From positions 572,405-636,404 of the forward strand of contig NW_003314265.1 in the NCBI RefSeq assembly GCF_000143415.4: a stretch of 64,000 bases of DNA, given 5' to 3'. Origin of the DNA: Selaginella moellendorffii. Lineage: Eukaryota; Plantae; Lycopodiophyta. Position numbers and translations under genes: made by a program. The notes beneath the pieces were generated by a model. That model did no database searches. It had not been told where the DNA came from and saw nothing but the letters and a program-made list of their open reading frames with translations. Shown here piece by piece: positions 12,252 through 25,812 of this stretch; the first letter of the stretch is position 1; each line of letters starts with the position of its first letter.

Positions 12252-14426
12252 ATGGAGGAAGCGAAGGATCGCAGCTTAGAAGTGACACCGACATGGGCTG
12301 TGGCCATCGTCTGCTCCATCTTCGTTCTTGCGTCCTTCGGTTTGGAGCGATCCATTCACTTCACTGGCAAGGTAATACTTGATCGTTCTTTCGCTGATCT
12401 GTTTTTCTCTTGCTCTGATGCTGCAATTGAATTTTGCAGTGGCTGCAGCAGCGGGAAGAGAGATCGAGAAGCAAACCGTTGTACCAAGCACTCGAAAAAA
12501 TCAAAGAAGGTTTGTTTCTAGTCACCGATTTGTACAAGAAATGCTGTTCATTTCCATGCAGAGCTTATGCTTCTTGGCTTTGTGTCTCTCCTGCTCGCAT
12601 CTTTCGGAGATGGAGTGACTCGCATTTGCAGATCGCCGACACGGCGTATGATCCCGTGCGAGGAAACGGAGGCCGAAGTTGACGAGATCAGCAGGTTCAA
12701 TTGCCCCGAGGTGAGCTGAATTTTAAGTGATAGCCTCTTGGATTGATGGTGGTCATGTTCAGGGTAAAGTTCCTTTCATTTCCAAGTCCAGTTTGCATAA
12801 GCTCCACATTTTCATTTTCCTGTTGGCGATTGTTCATGTGGTTTATAGTTGCTTTACACTGTTACTTGGAAGATACAAGGTGTGCAAGTCTGGATTGGGT
12901 TTTCGCTTACTCGTTTTAGTCAGGTCCATTGCTGGGGAGTGTGGGAGATTGAAGCGCAGAGGTCTGAAGAAGAAACAGGTAAATTCCGCTGCGCACTTTG
13001 CGCTAGTTTTTAATAATATTTGTTGCATGGAATCGCGGAGCATGGCCCAGCATTACCAAGACTGAATAGACAGCGGACGTTTTTGCACAAGCATGCAAAG
13101 CCGAGATACATGTCGTCGCCGTTTTTGAGCTGGATCGTGAGTCCGTTTTCTGTGCTTGAGTTTATCTCGAACACTAACCTTTGTTTTGGCAGGTCTGCTT
13201 TGCTCGACAGTTTGGCAGCTCTGTGACGCAAACTGAATACACAGCTCTTCGTGTTGGGTTTCTGCAGGTGCGTGAAGAAGTTTAGAAATTGTTTTCTGAA
13301 GGCTTGTATTCACAGAAGCACCGGCTGAGGCCAACGTTCGACTTCCATCGCTACATTCTTCGTGTTTTGCACGATGATTACAGAGATGTTGTCGGGATCA
13401 GGTACTTCCTCTCTTCTCTTTCACATTTTGGGGTGAAAGAGAAGTGTTTCATTCTTTAGTGGTCCACTGTGGCTTTTCGTGGTCACGTTTCTACTGCTTG
13501 ATATCAAAGGTATGTGATACAGAAAACCGCTTCTCAATTGACAAGTTAGCGTACAGGCTGGAACACTTACTTTTGGATCTCTTTCCTTCCTTTGGGTGTA
13601 AGAATTTACATACGATTTGTTTGATCATATTTTCGGTTTGTACTTGCAGCTTCTACTTGTTATTGGAGCAAAGCTACAGTATGTGATCATGTCGCTAGCA
13701 GGAGAAGTTGTGAGGCAGCAGCATGATGAAGAAGCCACTGCTAATCTCCGAGACGATCTTTTCTGGTTCAAAAGGCCACAGCTCGTATTGCATCTTCTCC
13801 ACTTTATTCTCTTCCAGGTAACTGAATCTCTTAGTGTTCTATGGATTTCTCATATTCGTTCGTTTTAATTCCAGAACGCTTTTGAGCTTGCGTTCTTCCT
13901 GTGGATTTGGGTAAAGCGAGTCATACATGGCTTATATAATCTTCTCCTGACTCGTCTTCCACGCAGAGAACACTTGGCTTTACGTCTTGTCTGATGGAGA
14001 GGCTTGGATTCGTGATCACTCGATTGGTCATTGGGTAAGAGGGACCTCTTTTCTTTTCTTTTATTTTCCAGCTAACTTTGCATCACGTCATTCACGACTG
14101 CAGGACTATCGTCCAGGTCCTATGCAGCTACAGTACGCTCCCGCTTTATGCACTGGTGACACAGGTGTGTTTCACGATTCTCATTTCATTTCCAGGAGCA
14201 AAAGCACAGGCACTCACTTTCTTGTCTCGTGTAGATGGGGAGTCACTACAAGGCTGCCATTTTCAATGAACACGTACAGCATGCTTTGAGCAGCTGGCAC
14301 GCCCAAGCCAGGCACAGAGCCAAGCACCATCTTTCCATCCAAAACTCCGACGCGAGCCAGCCTCACTCTCATGACCAGGCGGAGGAAGTCGAGCTCAATC
14401 CAAGCAACACCACTTCTTCTGAGTGA
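12252..14426 (+). CDS. MLO: MLO family 7-TM protein (copy 1), multi-exon
   Basis: SLEVTPTWAVA, ELMLLGF, LHKLHIFIF, FWFKRP, FQNAFE, LCSYSTLPLYALVTQMG; CaM-binding segment IFNEHVQHALSSWH. Confidence 0.92.
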
Positions 14427-14852
14427 TCATACGACTGGTGAACATGATTCGGCTATAGCAACTAGACTGGATTTATAACTATTCAAGCGATGCAGGAAGT
14501 CTAGCAAACGGAGAGAAAGAAAAAAAAGGGAAGAAAACGAGCAAGCATTCGTAAGTGGTTTCCTGCTTTACCTTGCTTGGAATATATCTCGAAGAGACGA
14601 CCCCAGCAAGAATCTAAGCACTTAAAAGAGGAAATAATGTAAACAATCACCAAACTTCCACCTGGACCGCAGAACTTAGCGAGAAACTTACGAGCGAAGG
14701 GAGAAATAGTACCATGGACAAAGCAGGCTTAGGTAGCTAGCCGCGCTGGGACACGGCTTTCCTTCTTGTTCACATCCATAGCTAAAGATCGCTAATATCT
14801 CTTGTCGCTCTCCCTCGTTTTTTTCCTCTCGCTCCTTGTTCTTCCGGTGGCC

Positions 14853-17465
14853 ATGGCCGAGGAGGAGAAACATGTCGAGGGTGGCTCCCTGGAAGTCACT
14901 CCGACATGGGCGGTCGCCTTGGTTTGCTCGATCTTCGTCCTCGCGTCTTTCGGCCTGGTGCGAGCGATCCACCACTTGGGCAGGGTAATGTTAAGCCGAT
15001 CGATCGGCCGAGCGATCGGGCCACTTGGGCTTACGAATCTACATGCGTGTCAGTGCAGTACCTCCGCAGGCGCAAGGAGAAATCGCTCTACCAGGCGCTG
15101 GACAAGATCAAAGAAGGTATGGCTGTTTTTTTTCCGGAGCCTTCGAGCTCTCAAAAAATGTGGCTTTTGCTCGTGTTTTGTGTGTGTTTGTAGAACTCAT
15201 GCTTCTGGGATTCATATCGCTGCTCCTGACGGTGTTCCAGCCCGTGATCGCCAGCATATGCATGCCACACAACTTCATCGAGCATATGCTACCGTGTAAA
15301 TTCGATACCAAGACACTGACATTGGCGGGAGAGGCTCCACACGGCGCCCCCAACGGGACCTCCGAAACTCCATCGGGTCACGCACGGAGGCTCCTCGCTC
15401 TCAATCGGCGTATGCTCGCATCCGAATCCTCAAAAGAGGCCGCGGAGACGTCAAAGTGCTTCGCCAAGGTCTAGTCTAGTCTAGTCTTTGCTTTTTTTTT
15501 TTCCTCTCTTCCTTCTTTTTCTTATCACTCACGGCCTAGAACTTCGAGAAACCATGAGCTTTGTATCGTTTTTCTTGCAGAATAAGGTCCCTTTTGTTTC
15601 CAGAGAAGGCCTTCACAAGCTACACATTTTCATCTTCGTGCTGGCCGTAGTTCACGTAGTCTACAGCTGCCTAACGCTGATATTAGGAAGATACAAGGTA
15701 CGTTTTTTTTCTCAGAACAAACAAAGAAAGAAAAAACAAGAAACACTAAAGAAAAAATAAATCCAGGTACACGGATGGAGTGCCTGGGAAAGAAGGGCGC
15801 AAGCCGAACCGCAGACCGAGACACCAAGTACGTCAAATTTCCTTGTTTCGGACTGTCCTCCAGACAAGCCGTGTTTCACCTTTCTGTTTTCTTTGTTTCT
15901 TCTAGGCATAAAGAAGCGCGGCAAGCTTGTCAGACAGAGCACATTTCTAAAGAAGCATGCCAATCCAAAATGGATATCATCAGACTTTCTCAGCTGGATC
16001 GTAAGTAACTCGAGCTTTGCAAAAATCTGTAGCAAAACGAGGATGTTTTCTTTCCAGGTTTGCTTCTTCCGACAGTTCGGGCGTTCCGTGACATATACCG
16101 AGTACCAGACACTCCGCCTGGGATTCATTCGAGTAAGCAAGCAGTCGTCGTCGTCGTCGTGTCATGCGGTAGAGCTTGAGTGTTGTGTTTTTATCTCTTT
16201 GCAGAACCACAACTTGACACCCTCGTTTGACTTCCATAGGTACCTTCTTCGGGTACTGGAAGATGACTTTAAGAAGGTTGTAGGCATCAGGTAACCTCTT
16301 CTTCTTGTTTTCGTTCCAAGGAACAACTAATGATTTATATTGCAGTTTCTACCTTTGGTTTTTTGTGGTGCTCTTCCTATTGCTCAACGTCAGCGGTATA
16401 GCTTGGATTTCTTTCGAATTTTCTTCAAACGCATTTGTGAAAAACTTGCAGGATGGCACACTTATTTCTGGATTGCCTTTCTTCCGCTGGGGGTTTGTAA
16501 ATTTTCTCCTTTGTTTCCATTTTTTGATTCATGGGCTTGCAGATCCTTTTGGTTGTTGGAGCCAAGCTACAGAATATCATAATGGCGCTCGCGGTCGAGA
16601 TTGCGGAAGAGCAAAAGAACCAGTCGACCGTGGTGGTCAATCTTCGAGACGAGCTCTTCTGGTTTAATCGGCCGAAACTCATCCTCTATCTTATTCACTT
16701 TGTCCTCTTCCAGGTTTTCTTCTTCTTTTTCTTTTTTTTTTACCTTAGCTTTCAGACTCCTCTTATGGTTTCTTTGCTTCACAGAATGCGTTCGAGCTCG
16801 CCTTCTTCGTGTGGATATGGGTAAAACTAATCTTATTCAGTGTTGCTGACTAGCAACTGCATGTTTGCTTTGCTTGCCTTGCAGGCAGCGTTTGGTTTCG
16901 ATTCTTGCTTCATGGAAAATCTTGGTTTTGTCATCACGCGTCTTGTCATTGGGTAAGGCACTCCCAAAAGCCTGTTTTTTTGAATCTGTTTCATCGCGCT
17001 CTTTTGGCCTTTTTAACCGCAGCACTTGTTCTGTAGAGTCATCGTGCAAGTCCTGTGCAGTTACAGCACTTTACCACTCTATGCGCTAGTGACACAGGTA
17101 TTTCATTGAGGCTATACACAGATAATCGCCTTTGCTGAGTAATCCCTTTCCTGTAGATGGGAAAACACTTCAAGTTTGGAGAAGATATACAGAGCGTACT
17201 GACGAACCTGCATGCCAAAGCCAAGAAGAAGTCCGTGCACGGTGGCTCCGGAAGTGGCGGCGGTGGTGAGACAGCGGCCACAACAGCAGGAGCAGCAGCT
17301 CCGGCCAAGCCCAATCTTCGGATGGCTGCCGCTGCCGCTGCTGCTGCTGCTGCTGCGAAGAAATCTTCTCAAGATCCAGAAGATCACGCGCCCCAGAAAA
17401 CTTCCGAGCTAGAAATGCAGCAACAAAAGCAACATCTTGATGGCGAGCACGAGGTAAATTCTTGA
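14853..17465 (+). CDS. MLO: MLO family 7-TM protein (copy 2, tandem paralog), multi-exon
   Basis: Same motif series and intron pattern as copy 1, longer first extracellular loop, poly-Ala C-terminal tail. Confidence 0.92.
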
Positions 17466-17695
17466 GCAGGAAGAATCAAACAATGTATATTACCACCCCC
17501 GCTATAAGCTTCTGTGGAGAGAGATATGCCAATCACCTGAGTGTGAGAAATTTTGCTAACCTTCGAAGAAACGCCCACTCGACAAATTCAAAAATCGGTT
17601 GCTTTTCAGCTGAATCCCGAGGCTCGCGGGATTCGAGACCGCGATCTCTTTTGTCCAGCTAGGGTTTTAGCTCTGCTTGCTAGTAGTGGAAGGAA

Positions 17696-18224
17696 ATGGT
17701 GGAGCAAGAGGCTGTGGAGGCGCTGGTGATGAAGAGGCGGGAGCGCGTCCAGAAGAAGGTTGAAGAAGGTGAGTCCGCATTCCTTTGCCTCCTGCGATCC
17801 AATCAACGCTCAATACTGTCAAGTATTTTTTACAGTCTTCGATTTTGCTTGCATTGGCCCTTTTCTTTTGCATTTTGGTGTTTCTTCCTCTTGGTCTTTT
17901 CGGTTTTTTCTTTCGTTAAGTTTGGTATTCTTTTTGCTGGTGTAGAACTTCGCAGCAAAATGAAGGCCCAAGCGTTCCGGAAATGCGACCCTGTTGTGGC
18001 CAAGTACGCCGAGTGTGCCAAAGGGAGGACGTTTTCCATGGCCTGGGCTTGCCGAGCACAGGCCAAGGAGATGAACGAGTGCCTTCACCTCTAGTAAGTG
18101 TTGTGCTTCTCCTTCTCTCTTTAAAATCTTGGGCTTATAGAGTAACTGGTTTCCTCTCAGTACTACAGATGCTGTGCTTGAGGAGTACAAACAAGACTAC
18201 TTGAAGCAGCACACGCTCAGATAA
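17696..18224 (+). CDS. Cmc1-like twin-CX9C cytochrome c oxidase assembly protein (3 exons)
   Basis: KCDPVVAKYAECAKGRTFSMAWACRAQAKEMNECL contains two CX9C motifs; last exon TTDAVLEEYKQDYL. Confidence 0.85.
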
Positions 18225-18715
18225 CAGTTTAGGAGTTTGAATAATGTTTTGATAGTAACTGTGGGAGCTGGATTTTAGTGACAACAAGTATGCAGCTTTC
18301 GTTATAGTTCAGTGCGTTGCAGCAATCCTTGATTCTCTTTGTCCATCACAAAACGTACAAATTTGGCAAAAATAAAAAATTACAGCAGCATCCACTCTTC
18401 TCGATTATTATACTAAATTAGTGTGGTAAACAAAACAAATATTCATTAGTTTTGTTTTAGCTAGAAGATGAATATATAAGTTATTTATTAGTAGCTTAAA
18501 ATCAGAGTGTCTGATTAACTGTAATCACTAATAGCAATGGTTGAGTATATAAAAGTACTTATATTTAAAATATAAACAGCATAAATCATTTTCACTTTAT
18601 ACAATATAAAAGGGTTCTCCAATTATATAATAAAAATAAATTAGTGGTAATGCAATTTAGAATCTTCTATTGCTCCTTATTCCCATTAGTTTTTCAGCTA
18701 TTTGACATAGAACAA

Positions 18716-19526
18716 GTAAAATTTTATATATTGTTTCTTTTATCTATAATATTAATACTAACTCAAATTTTTAGTGCATCACCAAATTCACCACCATCAC
18801 TTAGTAAATATGAACCAAAATTTGATAATTTTTAAGTGCTAAATTCACATGATATGGCAAGGGTGGTTGGTGCAATCAAGGCACTAATTGATAAAATTAA
18901 TTATAAAAAAAGGATTATTCTTATACTTATTCAGATGGAGATTCAGTTAGTGTTTCTTGTGGTATTGTTAAAATATTTATGGAAGCTAAACCTCAATGCT
19001 CTACATCTAAAACACCAACAACTTCATCAGGTTCAAATTTAATTATGGGGTTTGATAAGCTTCTAACTCCATATATTAATGCTCTCTATATTCATCTTTG
19101 TGATTCTTTTGTAAATAAAATCCTCATTACTTCTTGCAGTTTGAATTAGAAAAGAAAAGAGAATATTTATATGAAAAAGCTACAACTTTATCTAATTTCT
19201 TTTTATGCTATCTTAAGTCTAATACATTAATAAGTCCATCAACAATTTTAATAGGACATTTCTTAATTTCTCCAAATGGTAAAGTATTTGAATCAAATTG
19301 TAATTTAGTTCTTTATTATGAAAATTTTAAAATATGGGAATCAAAAACATCATTAACTGACGGTTATTTAGTTTTATATAAAAATAAGAGAGCGATTTTG
19401 GATACTCCAAAGTATTATTTTAAATGCTCAAAATTATTTTATCTTACTACTCAAAATATTTGTAACATATTTATTTATTCAATAAGATTTAAAAGTGGGA
19501 AATTATATACTAAAGGTTTATGTTAA
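18716..19526 (+). pseudogene. Decayed paralog of the 1862-2716 secreted lectin gene
   Basis: Collinear translation (KYEPKF, LNSHDM, VSCGIVKIFM, GSNLIMGF, LISPS..IGHFLISPNGKV, ESNCNLVLYY). No ATG at the homologous start, in-frame TAA at 18833, frameshifts at A-runs ~18910 and ~19118, small deletions. Confidence 0.8.
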
Positions 19527-20854
19527 GAATTAAAATAATTTATATATTTAATTAAAGTTTCTGTTGTTACCTAAAAAAGGAAATATGTGATCTAAATTAA
19601 ACTAGTTTAATAACACAAGATTAAAGGAATTTAATGTTTTTTCTTTATTGTTTTCTCCTTTGCCTTAATAAAAAACTGTAATTAGAACAGCTATTGCATT
19701 TGTTTGAGTTAAAATCCAACTGTCAACACTACTAGCATGAACAAGGACCTCAGCTTGTCCTCTTTTGTGTAGCACCATATGTTCCTTGAAACCCCAAACA
19801 TAAAAGACCAACACAAAAAATAGGTTAATTTATGAGCATATGCTCAATTGATATATGAAATAAACGTTATCAGCAACAACTGGTGCATAAACGTCTGCAA
19901 TTGTTCCTGCAAGACAAGTCACGCAACCGCACATGAACATGAGAGATAAACAACCACAAACCCTGGTGAATTCTTTTGTTCGAAAGATCTCGATCGTGGC
20001 TGTACTTTTGTATTCTTCCCTCTAGTGCATAGCCTTAGGTGAGACGCCAAAAACAACCTTGTAGCCGCTAATAACATCCATCAACGACTCCCTGTTCTTC
20101 CTGCTTGTTAGCGAGCCCAAAGTCTCAACGCCATCCACAATGATCTCGGCTGCTCCGCAAACGAAACTTGAGCGCATCAACAGACCACGTAACGAGGCAA
20201 GTTCTAGCTCGTTTCATGTTCCATATGCATACCACTGTGGTCTCCACTGGAGCCATGGAGCAGAGTAGAGAGGGGAATGCCCTCAGCCTCCGCTGCTCCG
20301 TCACCATTTGAGCTCTAATTTTGAGCCCTAAACTAGTCAATGGTCAGTCTTTAAAGACCTTTTTTGACCTCTCAGCTTTTGCTAGACTCATGATTTGAAA
20401 TTTACTTTTGTTTGGTCGGAGACGTGCCCTCTCTATTTCTCCGATCGCCTTTGTCTAGCACGGAACGCATCGATAAGGGGATCAACATCTACACAAAACA
20501 AAAGATCAGGAAAAGAGAATTTTCCCCTTGATTTTCTAGTACAGATATGGATGGAGCATTGACTGAAATCCCAACTGTCAACACTGCTGATCTCTCGCCT
20601 CCAAGAGAAAGCTTTCCAGTCAAGGACAGAGACCTCCGCTCGTCCTCATCTGTGACACCATGTGTTTCTCTCTTTTGCTCTTCTTCTTCGCACTGGCAGC
20701 CCCACCAAATCCACATAACTCCACATTGCCACGGGGTTGCTTGACTTGCGCTGTAAGCTGCAAGAGCTCTAACAAAATGAAAACACCAGCACCAAAAAAA
20801 AAAGAAAAAAAAACTCTTCTCCAACTTCCACGCTTATTTCTCCCCGATCCTCCT

Positions 20855-22910
20855 CTACACCTCGTACTTCTTCCAGTTTTGCTTGTAGATGGCGTGCTTG
20901 TCACCGCCATTCACTTCGTTCTCCTTGCCATCGGCCCTTCTGGACAGTGGCGCTGGTTTTGTGGGTGCCTGGTGATGGTGGGGAGAATTTCCAAACGTCG
21001 ATCGCTTCTCGCTTTGGGCTTTCTCCTGGAACAAAAGGAGAAAAAGCAAAACATCGTAACAAGTTCATCGGGTAAGTTGTGAGAACTGTGAGCGAACTTA
21101 CTTGGCGGTATGGAAGCTCGTCTGCCTCGAGCATGTGAACGACATGTCCCATCTTGGGCCTCCTCAGCGAGTCAGGATCCACGCAGCGGATTGCGACCAG
21201 CAACGCCTTTTTTAAAATCCGTGGAGTGGGCTTTACGTGCAACCTCGGATCGGCAACATCTTCCGAGTGCCTGTTTGCCACCATGACTTTGAGCCAGTCC
21301 ACCAAATTCACCTGAATGATAAGACCAAAGATTCCACAGTGAATACAAATGCCAAGCCGAGCGACACGTACCTCTCCGGGTGGCCTGCTGTAATCGACAG
21401 GGTCCCTTCCGGTTATGAGTTCCATGAGCAGGACTCCGAAACTATAGACGTCGCTCCTCTCGTTGAGCAAGCCCGTGCTTGCGTACTCGGGAGCAACGTA
21501 TCTGTGACGAGAAAAAAGGGAAAAACAAAGAATGTAAGCATCTGGAGTTTCGATTTGCGTGCTTACCCAAACGTTCCCATCACTCGGGTTGTGACATGAC
21601 TTTTCTCCGATCCCAGAAGCTTTGCGAGGCCAAAGTCAGATATCTTCGCGTTCCAGTCCCCCTCCACAAGAATGTTGCTTGCTTTGATATCCCGATGAAC
21701 CACCTTGGGCTCCAAAGCTTCATGCAAGTATGTCAGCCTGTAAAGAAGACGCAAGGTAAAAAGAAAACAAAAGAGTTTGATGGTTTCTTTCGTCCACACC
21801 AAGGAAACTTACGCTTTTGCAGTGCCAAGAGCAATCTTCATTCGTGCCTCCCACGGGAAAGCTTGAGTCTGTGATGAAAAGCCATGGAGCCAGTCCTCTA
21901 GGTTTCCATTGTCCACGTATTCGTAGACGAGCATCCTTGTACAATCGCGAAGAACAAGATTAAAATCGGGCTGGACCTTTAAAGATCCTCACCTATAGCA
22001 GCTCTCGGCGCAGTAGCCAAGCAACCTGACCAGATTCTTGTGACGCACCTTTCCAATCGCTTCCACTTCCACCCTAAACTCTTTCTCGGCCTGGCCGCTG
22101 CGAGCAAAAAAGATGGAAAGATCGTTTTACAAAAGATCAAGGACTTGGCATAGATCGCAAGAATGCCATGGATCACAGGAATGCCATGGATCACAAGAAC
22201 GCCATAGATCGCGAGAATGCCAGAGCGCAAGCAAATCCAATCCGAGCGAGAGAGAAGGAGAGAGAGACTTACGTGTTGTTGAGCAGGTTCTTGACCGCGA
22301 CGACGCTGCCATCGGGGAGAAATCCCTTAAACACGACGCCATAGCCGCCCTCGCCGATCTTGGAGTCCTCGCAGAAGCCATTGGTGGCCAGATCGAGCTC
22401 CTTGAGGCTGTACCATCGCCCCCATCCCAGCTGGACCATCTCCTTGGGCTGGGGCTGGGGCTGGGGCGGCGGCGGCTGCTCGCCATAGAATGCGCTCCTA
22501 TTGCTACTACTCCCGCTAGAGCTGCGCGTAGGGGTGCTCTTTGGGGGGGCGTCGTCCCCGGGAATCGACCTCGCGACCTTGTCCAGCGGGGCCCCTTTGT
22601 GATACGGGCTATGGTGGAGCGCGTAGTGTGGGACGATCACCACTTCCTGGATCTCTTTCGTGACGATGGGGATGCCCGACGATTTCCGCTGCTGCTGGAT
22701 CGTGGTGGGCAGCGATTGCGACGAGGAGCAGCAGCTGAATTTCTCGTAGGAGTTGTGGCTGCCGGACGAGGATCGAGAGGTGAGCCAGATGATGAGCGCC
22801 AGGAGGATGAGGAGGATGATGGCGCCCACGCCAATGCAGATGAGAACCCAGAGGTGGAGGCCGAATACAAATGTCCCTCGCGAGAGCTCGCTGCTTAGCG
22901 TTCCTTCCAT
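20855..22910 (-). CDS. Membrane-anchored receptor-like Ser/Thr kinase (RLCK-V type), multi-exon
   Basis: N-terminal [10 protein letters not shown] segment, [56 protein letters not shown]. Confidence 0.92.
22147..22222. repeat. Intronic 18-bp tandem repeat, ~4 copies (GCCATRGATCRCRRGAAY)
   Basis: Directly visible in intron 1 of the kinase. Confidence 0.75.
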
Positions 22911-23903
22911 AGCTTAGCTTCGCCTATGTCACCCCCCTGCTTACGACCGATTTGGGCGCTCCAAATTCTCCGGATCCATGCGCCAAAGTCCTGCCTTGCG
23001 CGGCAATTCGGCGACCCAATGCCGAGGACTCACGGATCTGCCCTGCTCGCTACGAGCTACAAGGCGATCGATCCACCAGGGAATGCGCACGGCGCGCGCT
23101 CGTGATCGCGAATTCCGCGATCCAGATCGGTGCCGCCGCAGGATCCAGGGGCGGCTGGGCGGGATCCATCAGCCAGGCCCGGATCAAAGGGACGCGCGGC
23201 GCCAGAGATGAAAGAGGGCGAAAGGAGGGGGAGGATCAAAGAGCGAGGAAAGGGGCAGTAAAGCAGCAAGAAGAGGGGAGAAAAGCAAAAGCCTGTGGAA
23301 GCCTGCCTTTGCTGGTGGCTGCTTGTTGTCGCACACTACTACTCGAGGGCGGGATTGGAATCATGGCCGCCGCTACTCTCTTGCGCAAAAGAAAGACGAA
23401 AAATTAAAGGTAGGAAAAAAGGCCGAGATTTTCGGGGGGGTGGGGTTTTGGCGCAAGAAAATCGCGCACACACTTGGCTTTGGCTCATCCAACCAAGATT
23501 CCGCGCAAACGAATGAAAGAAACAGTGGTGGAATTTTTACATTGCGCGTGTGCCAAGATTCCGCCGGATGTTCCTCTGTTGGGACATGATTTGTCCAAAC
23601 CAAACAGTTAGAAACATTAGGTCAAAATATCCGTAAGGAATATTCTTTGTGTGGCCATGAATGTCAATGGTGGCGAGCGGATCATTTACACCCCCCTGGT
23701 GTCTATGGTACGATTCATACAGCGCAGCGACAGACTAGAACTATAACCTTGTAATATACAATGGCGAAGGAAAAATAAATTTCGATCGCGACATTGGTTA
23801 CATCTCCATGCCTCGTACATGGATGGAGAAATTAGGGTTCTTGGTTAGTTTTGACCTTTAGCGCCAATTATTCTGAGTGGTGGAACGGTCGATCGGTCCA
23901 GCG

Positions 23904-25812
23904 ATGGCGGACGATCTAAGCTTCGATCTGGAGTTCTCGCCGGCGGCGGCGAGGGTGTGCGTCGTCGGGGCCGGGGTGTCGGGGCTGTGCGCTTGCCGGC
24001 ATTTGCTCAAGCGAGGAATTCGGCCCACTGTGCTGGAGGGCTCGTCCCACATTGGCGGGGTGTGGCGGAGCAACAGCGTTGCCATCACGCGGCTCCAGAC
24101 GCCCAGCGTCGCGTACCAGTTCTCGGATTTCCCGTGGCCGCCGGGCACGCCCGCGTTCGCGACAGGGGGCCAGGTGCTCGACTACCTCCACGGCTATGCC
24201 GCCAAATTTGGGGTTTTGGAGTGTGTCCGGTTCGATTCTAGGGTTGTGGGTATCCGGCGCGATGGCGATCGCGGGCCATGGCAGCTTCTTGTGGTGCGCG
24301 GCGATGGCGACGGCGCGGCGCGCGAGGTAAGGGAGCTAAATCTCTGCTGCATTTTGTGAGATTTTCCTGCTAGATCTTTGCTACGTGAGATTGTTTCCAA
24401 TTGCCCGTGTGAGCTTGGATGGAGGTTTTGCTCTTTGCTAGCGCTATCTCGTGCTTGGTTTTGCTGCTCGAAAGATTTATTGCTTGGATCAGATACTTTG
24501 TTCTGGTGTGAGAGGCCAAAGTTTTGATCGCTTTTCTCTTCGTTCGCAGACGCTGGAATTTGATTTCGTGATATTGTGCATTGGTCGTTTTGGAGATGTT
24601 CCAAGGCTCCCATCTTTCTCGCCTGGCCAAGGTGCCGACGTCTTCAAGGGAAGAGTGCTGCATTCGACTGAATTCTCGGCCCTCGACTATGAGAATGCCT
24701 CCAAACTTCTCCGCGGAAATAGTGTCGTCGTCGTCGGCTTCTCAAAGTCCGCTTTGGACGTTGCCGCGGAAGCGGTTGAAGCGAATCAAGGTACGTCTCG
24801 ATTTGTTTCTTTCCTTGTCTTTTCTAATTGTGATCGGCCATGCAGGGAAACCATGCACGCTCTTGTTTCGCAGAGCGCATTGGATTGTCCAGCATTGGGA
24901 CGTTTTTGGAGTGAACATTGCCTATTTGTTCGGAACAAGGCTATCTGAGATGTACTACCACAAGCCAGGCCAAGGTTTCTTTTCCAGCCTGTTAACCTCG
25001 CTCCTCTGGCCATTGGTAAGATTTGTGCTTCTAGAAATCATTTTAGTTCTCTTACGATGTCTAATAATTGAGCAGAAGTGGGCTACATCTAAAGTGGTGG
25101 AAGTTTATCTCCGGTGGACGCTTTCGTTATCAAAGTATGGGATACTGCCCAGCATACCATTTTATAAACAACTTTCTTCGTGCAAGATATCGGTAATACC
25201 TGACAACTTCATGGACTACGTGAAAGAGGGCCGTCTCAAGCTTTGCAAGTCGCCAAAGTGGCACTTTACAGCGACCGGAGTCATGCTCGATAACAAGCGC
25301 GAGTTGAAAGCAGATGTTGTTCTGCTTTGCACAGGCTTTGAGGGCGAAGTCAAGCTCAAGGCTATTCTTCCCGAAAGATATGCAGAGGTTTTGCAAGGAC
25401 CGGACGGTGTAGTTCCATTGTACAGGTGCGTTCTTGTTTCCCCGGCTCCAGTTTCTAATAGTCTTTTATTTGCAGAGGGATGATACACCCACGAATTCCT
25501 GGGCTGGCAATACTGGGTTACCAGGAGGATGTCTCAAATGTGAGAGCTTCAGAGATGGGAGCTCGCTGGCTGTCGTACTATCTAACTGGAAAGGTGAAAC
25601 TTCCCGACTCTCAAACAATGAGCAAGAGTGCCAACGAGTGGGTGCGCTACATGAAGTGGTCGACCCCGTACTTCGACAGGGCGTGCATAGCGTTGGCCAG
25701 GACGTGGCACAGCGACGAGCTGTGCAGGGACATTGGCTGGAATCCGAGAAGAAAGAAGAACTGGCTGCAAGAACTTCTCTCGCCGTACTCCAACATGGAC
25801 TACATTGATTGA
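23904..25812 (+). CDS. Flavin-containing monooxygenase, FMO1-like clade, multi-exon
   Basis: FAD motif VVGAGVSGL, IGGVW, YQFSDFPWP, FMO motif FKGRVLHSTEF, variant NADPH motif VVGFSKSALD, PLYRGMIHPRIP. Confidence 0.9.

Noticed and set aside
19950-20340. Possible small minus-strand gene or fragment
   Set aside because: Short frames with no recognisable domain and no consistent exon chain.
23638-23645. Isolated P1BS matches (also 62155-62162)
   Set aside because: Single occurrences are expected by chance every few kb.
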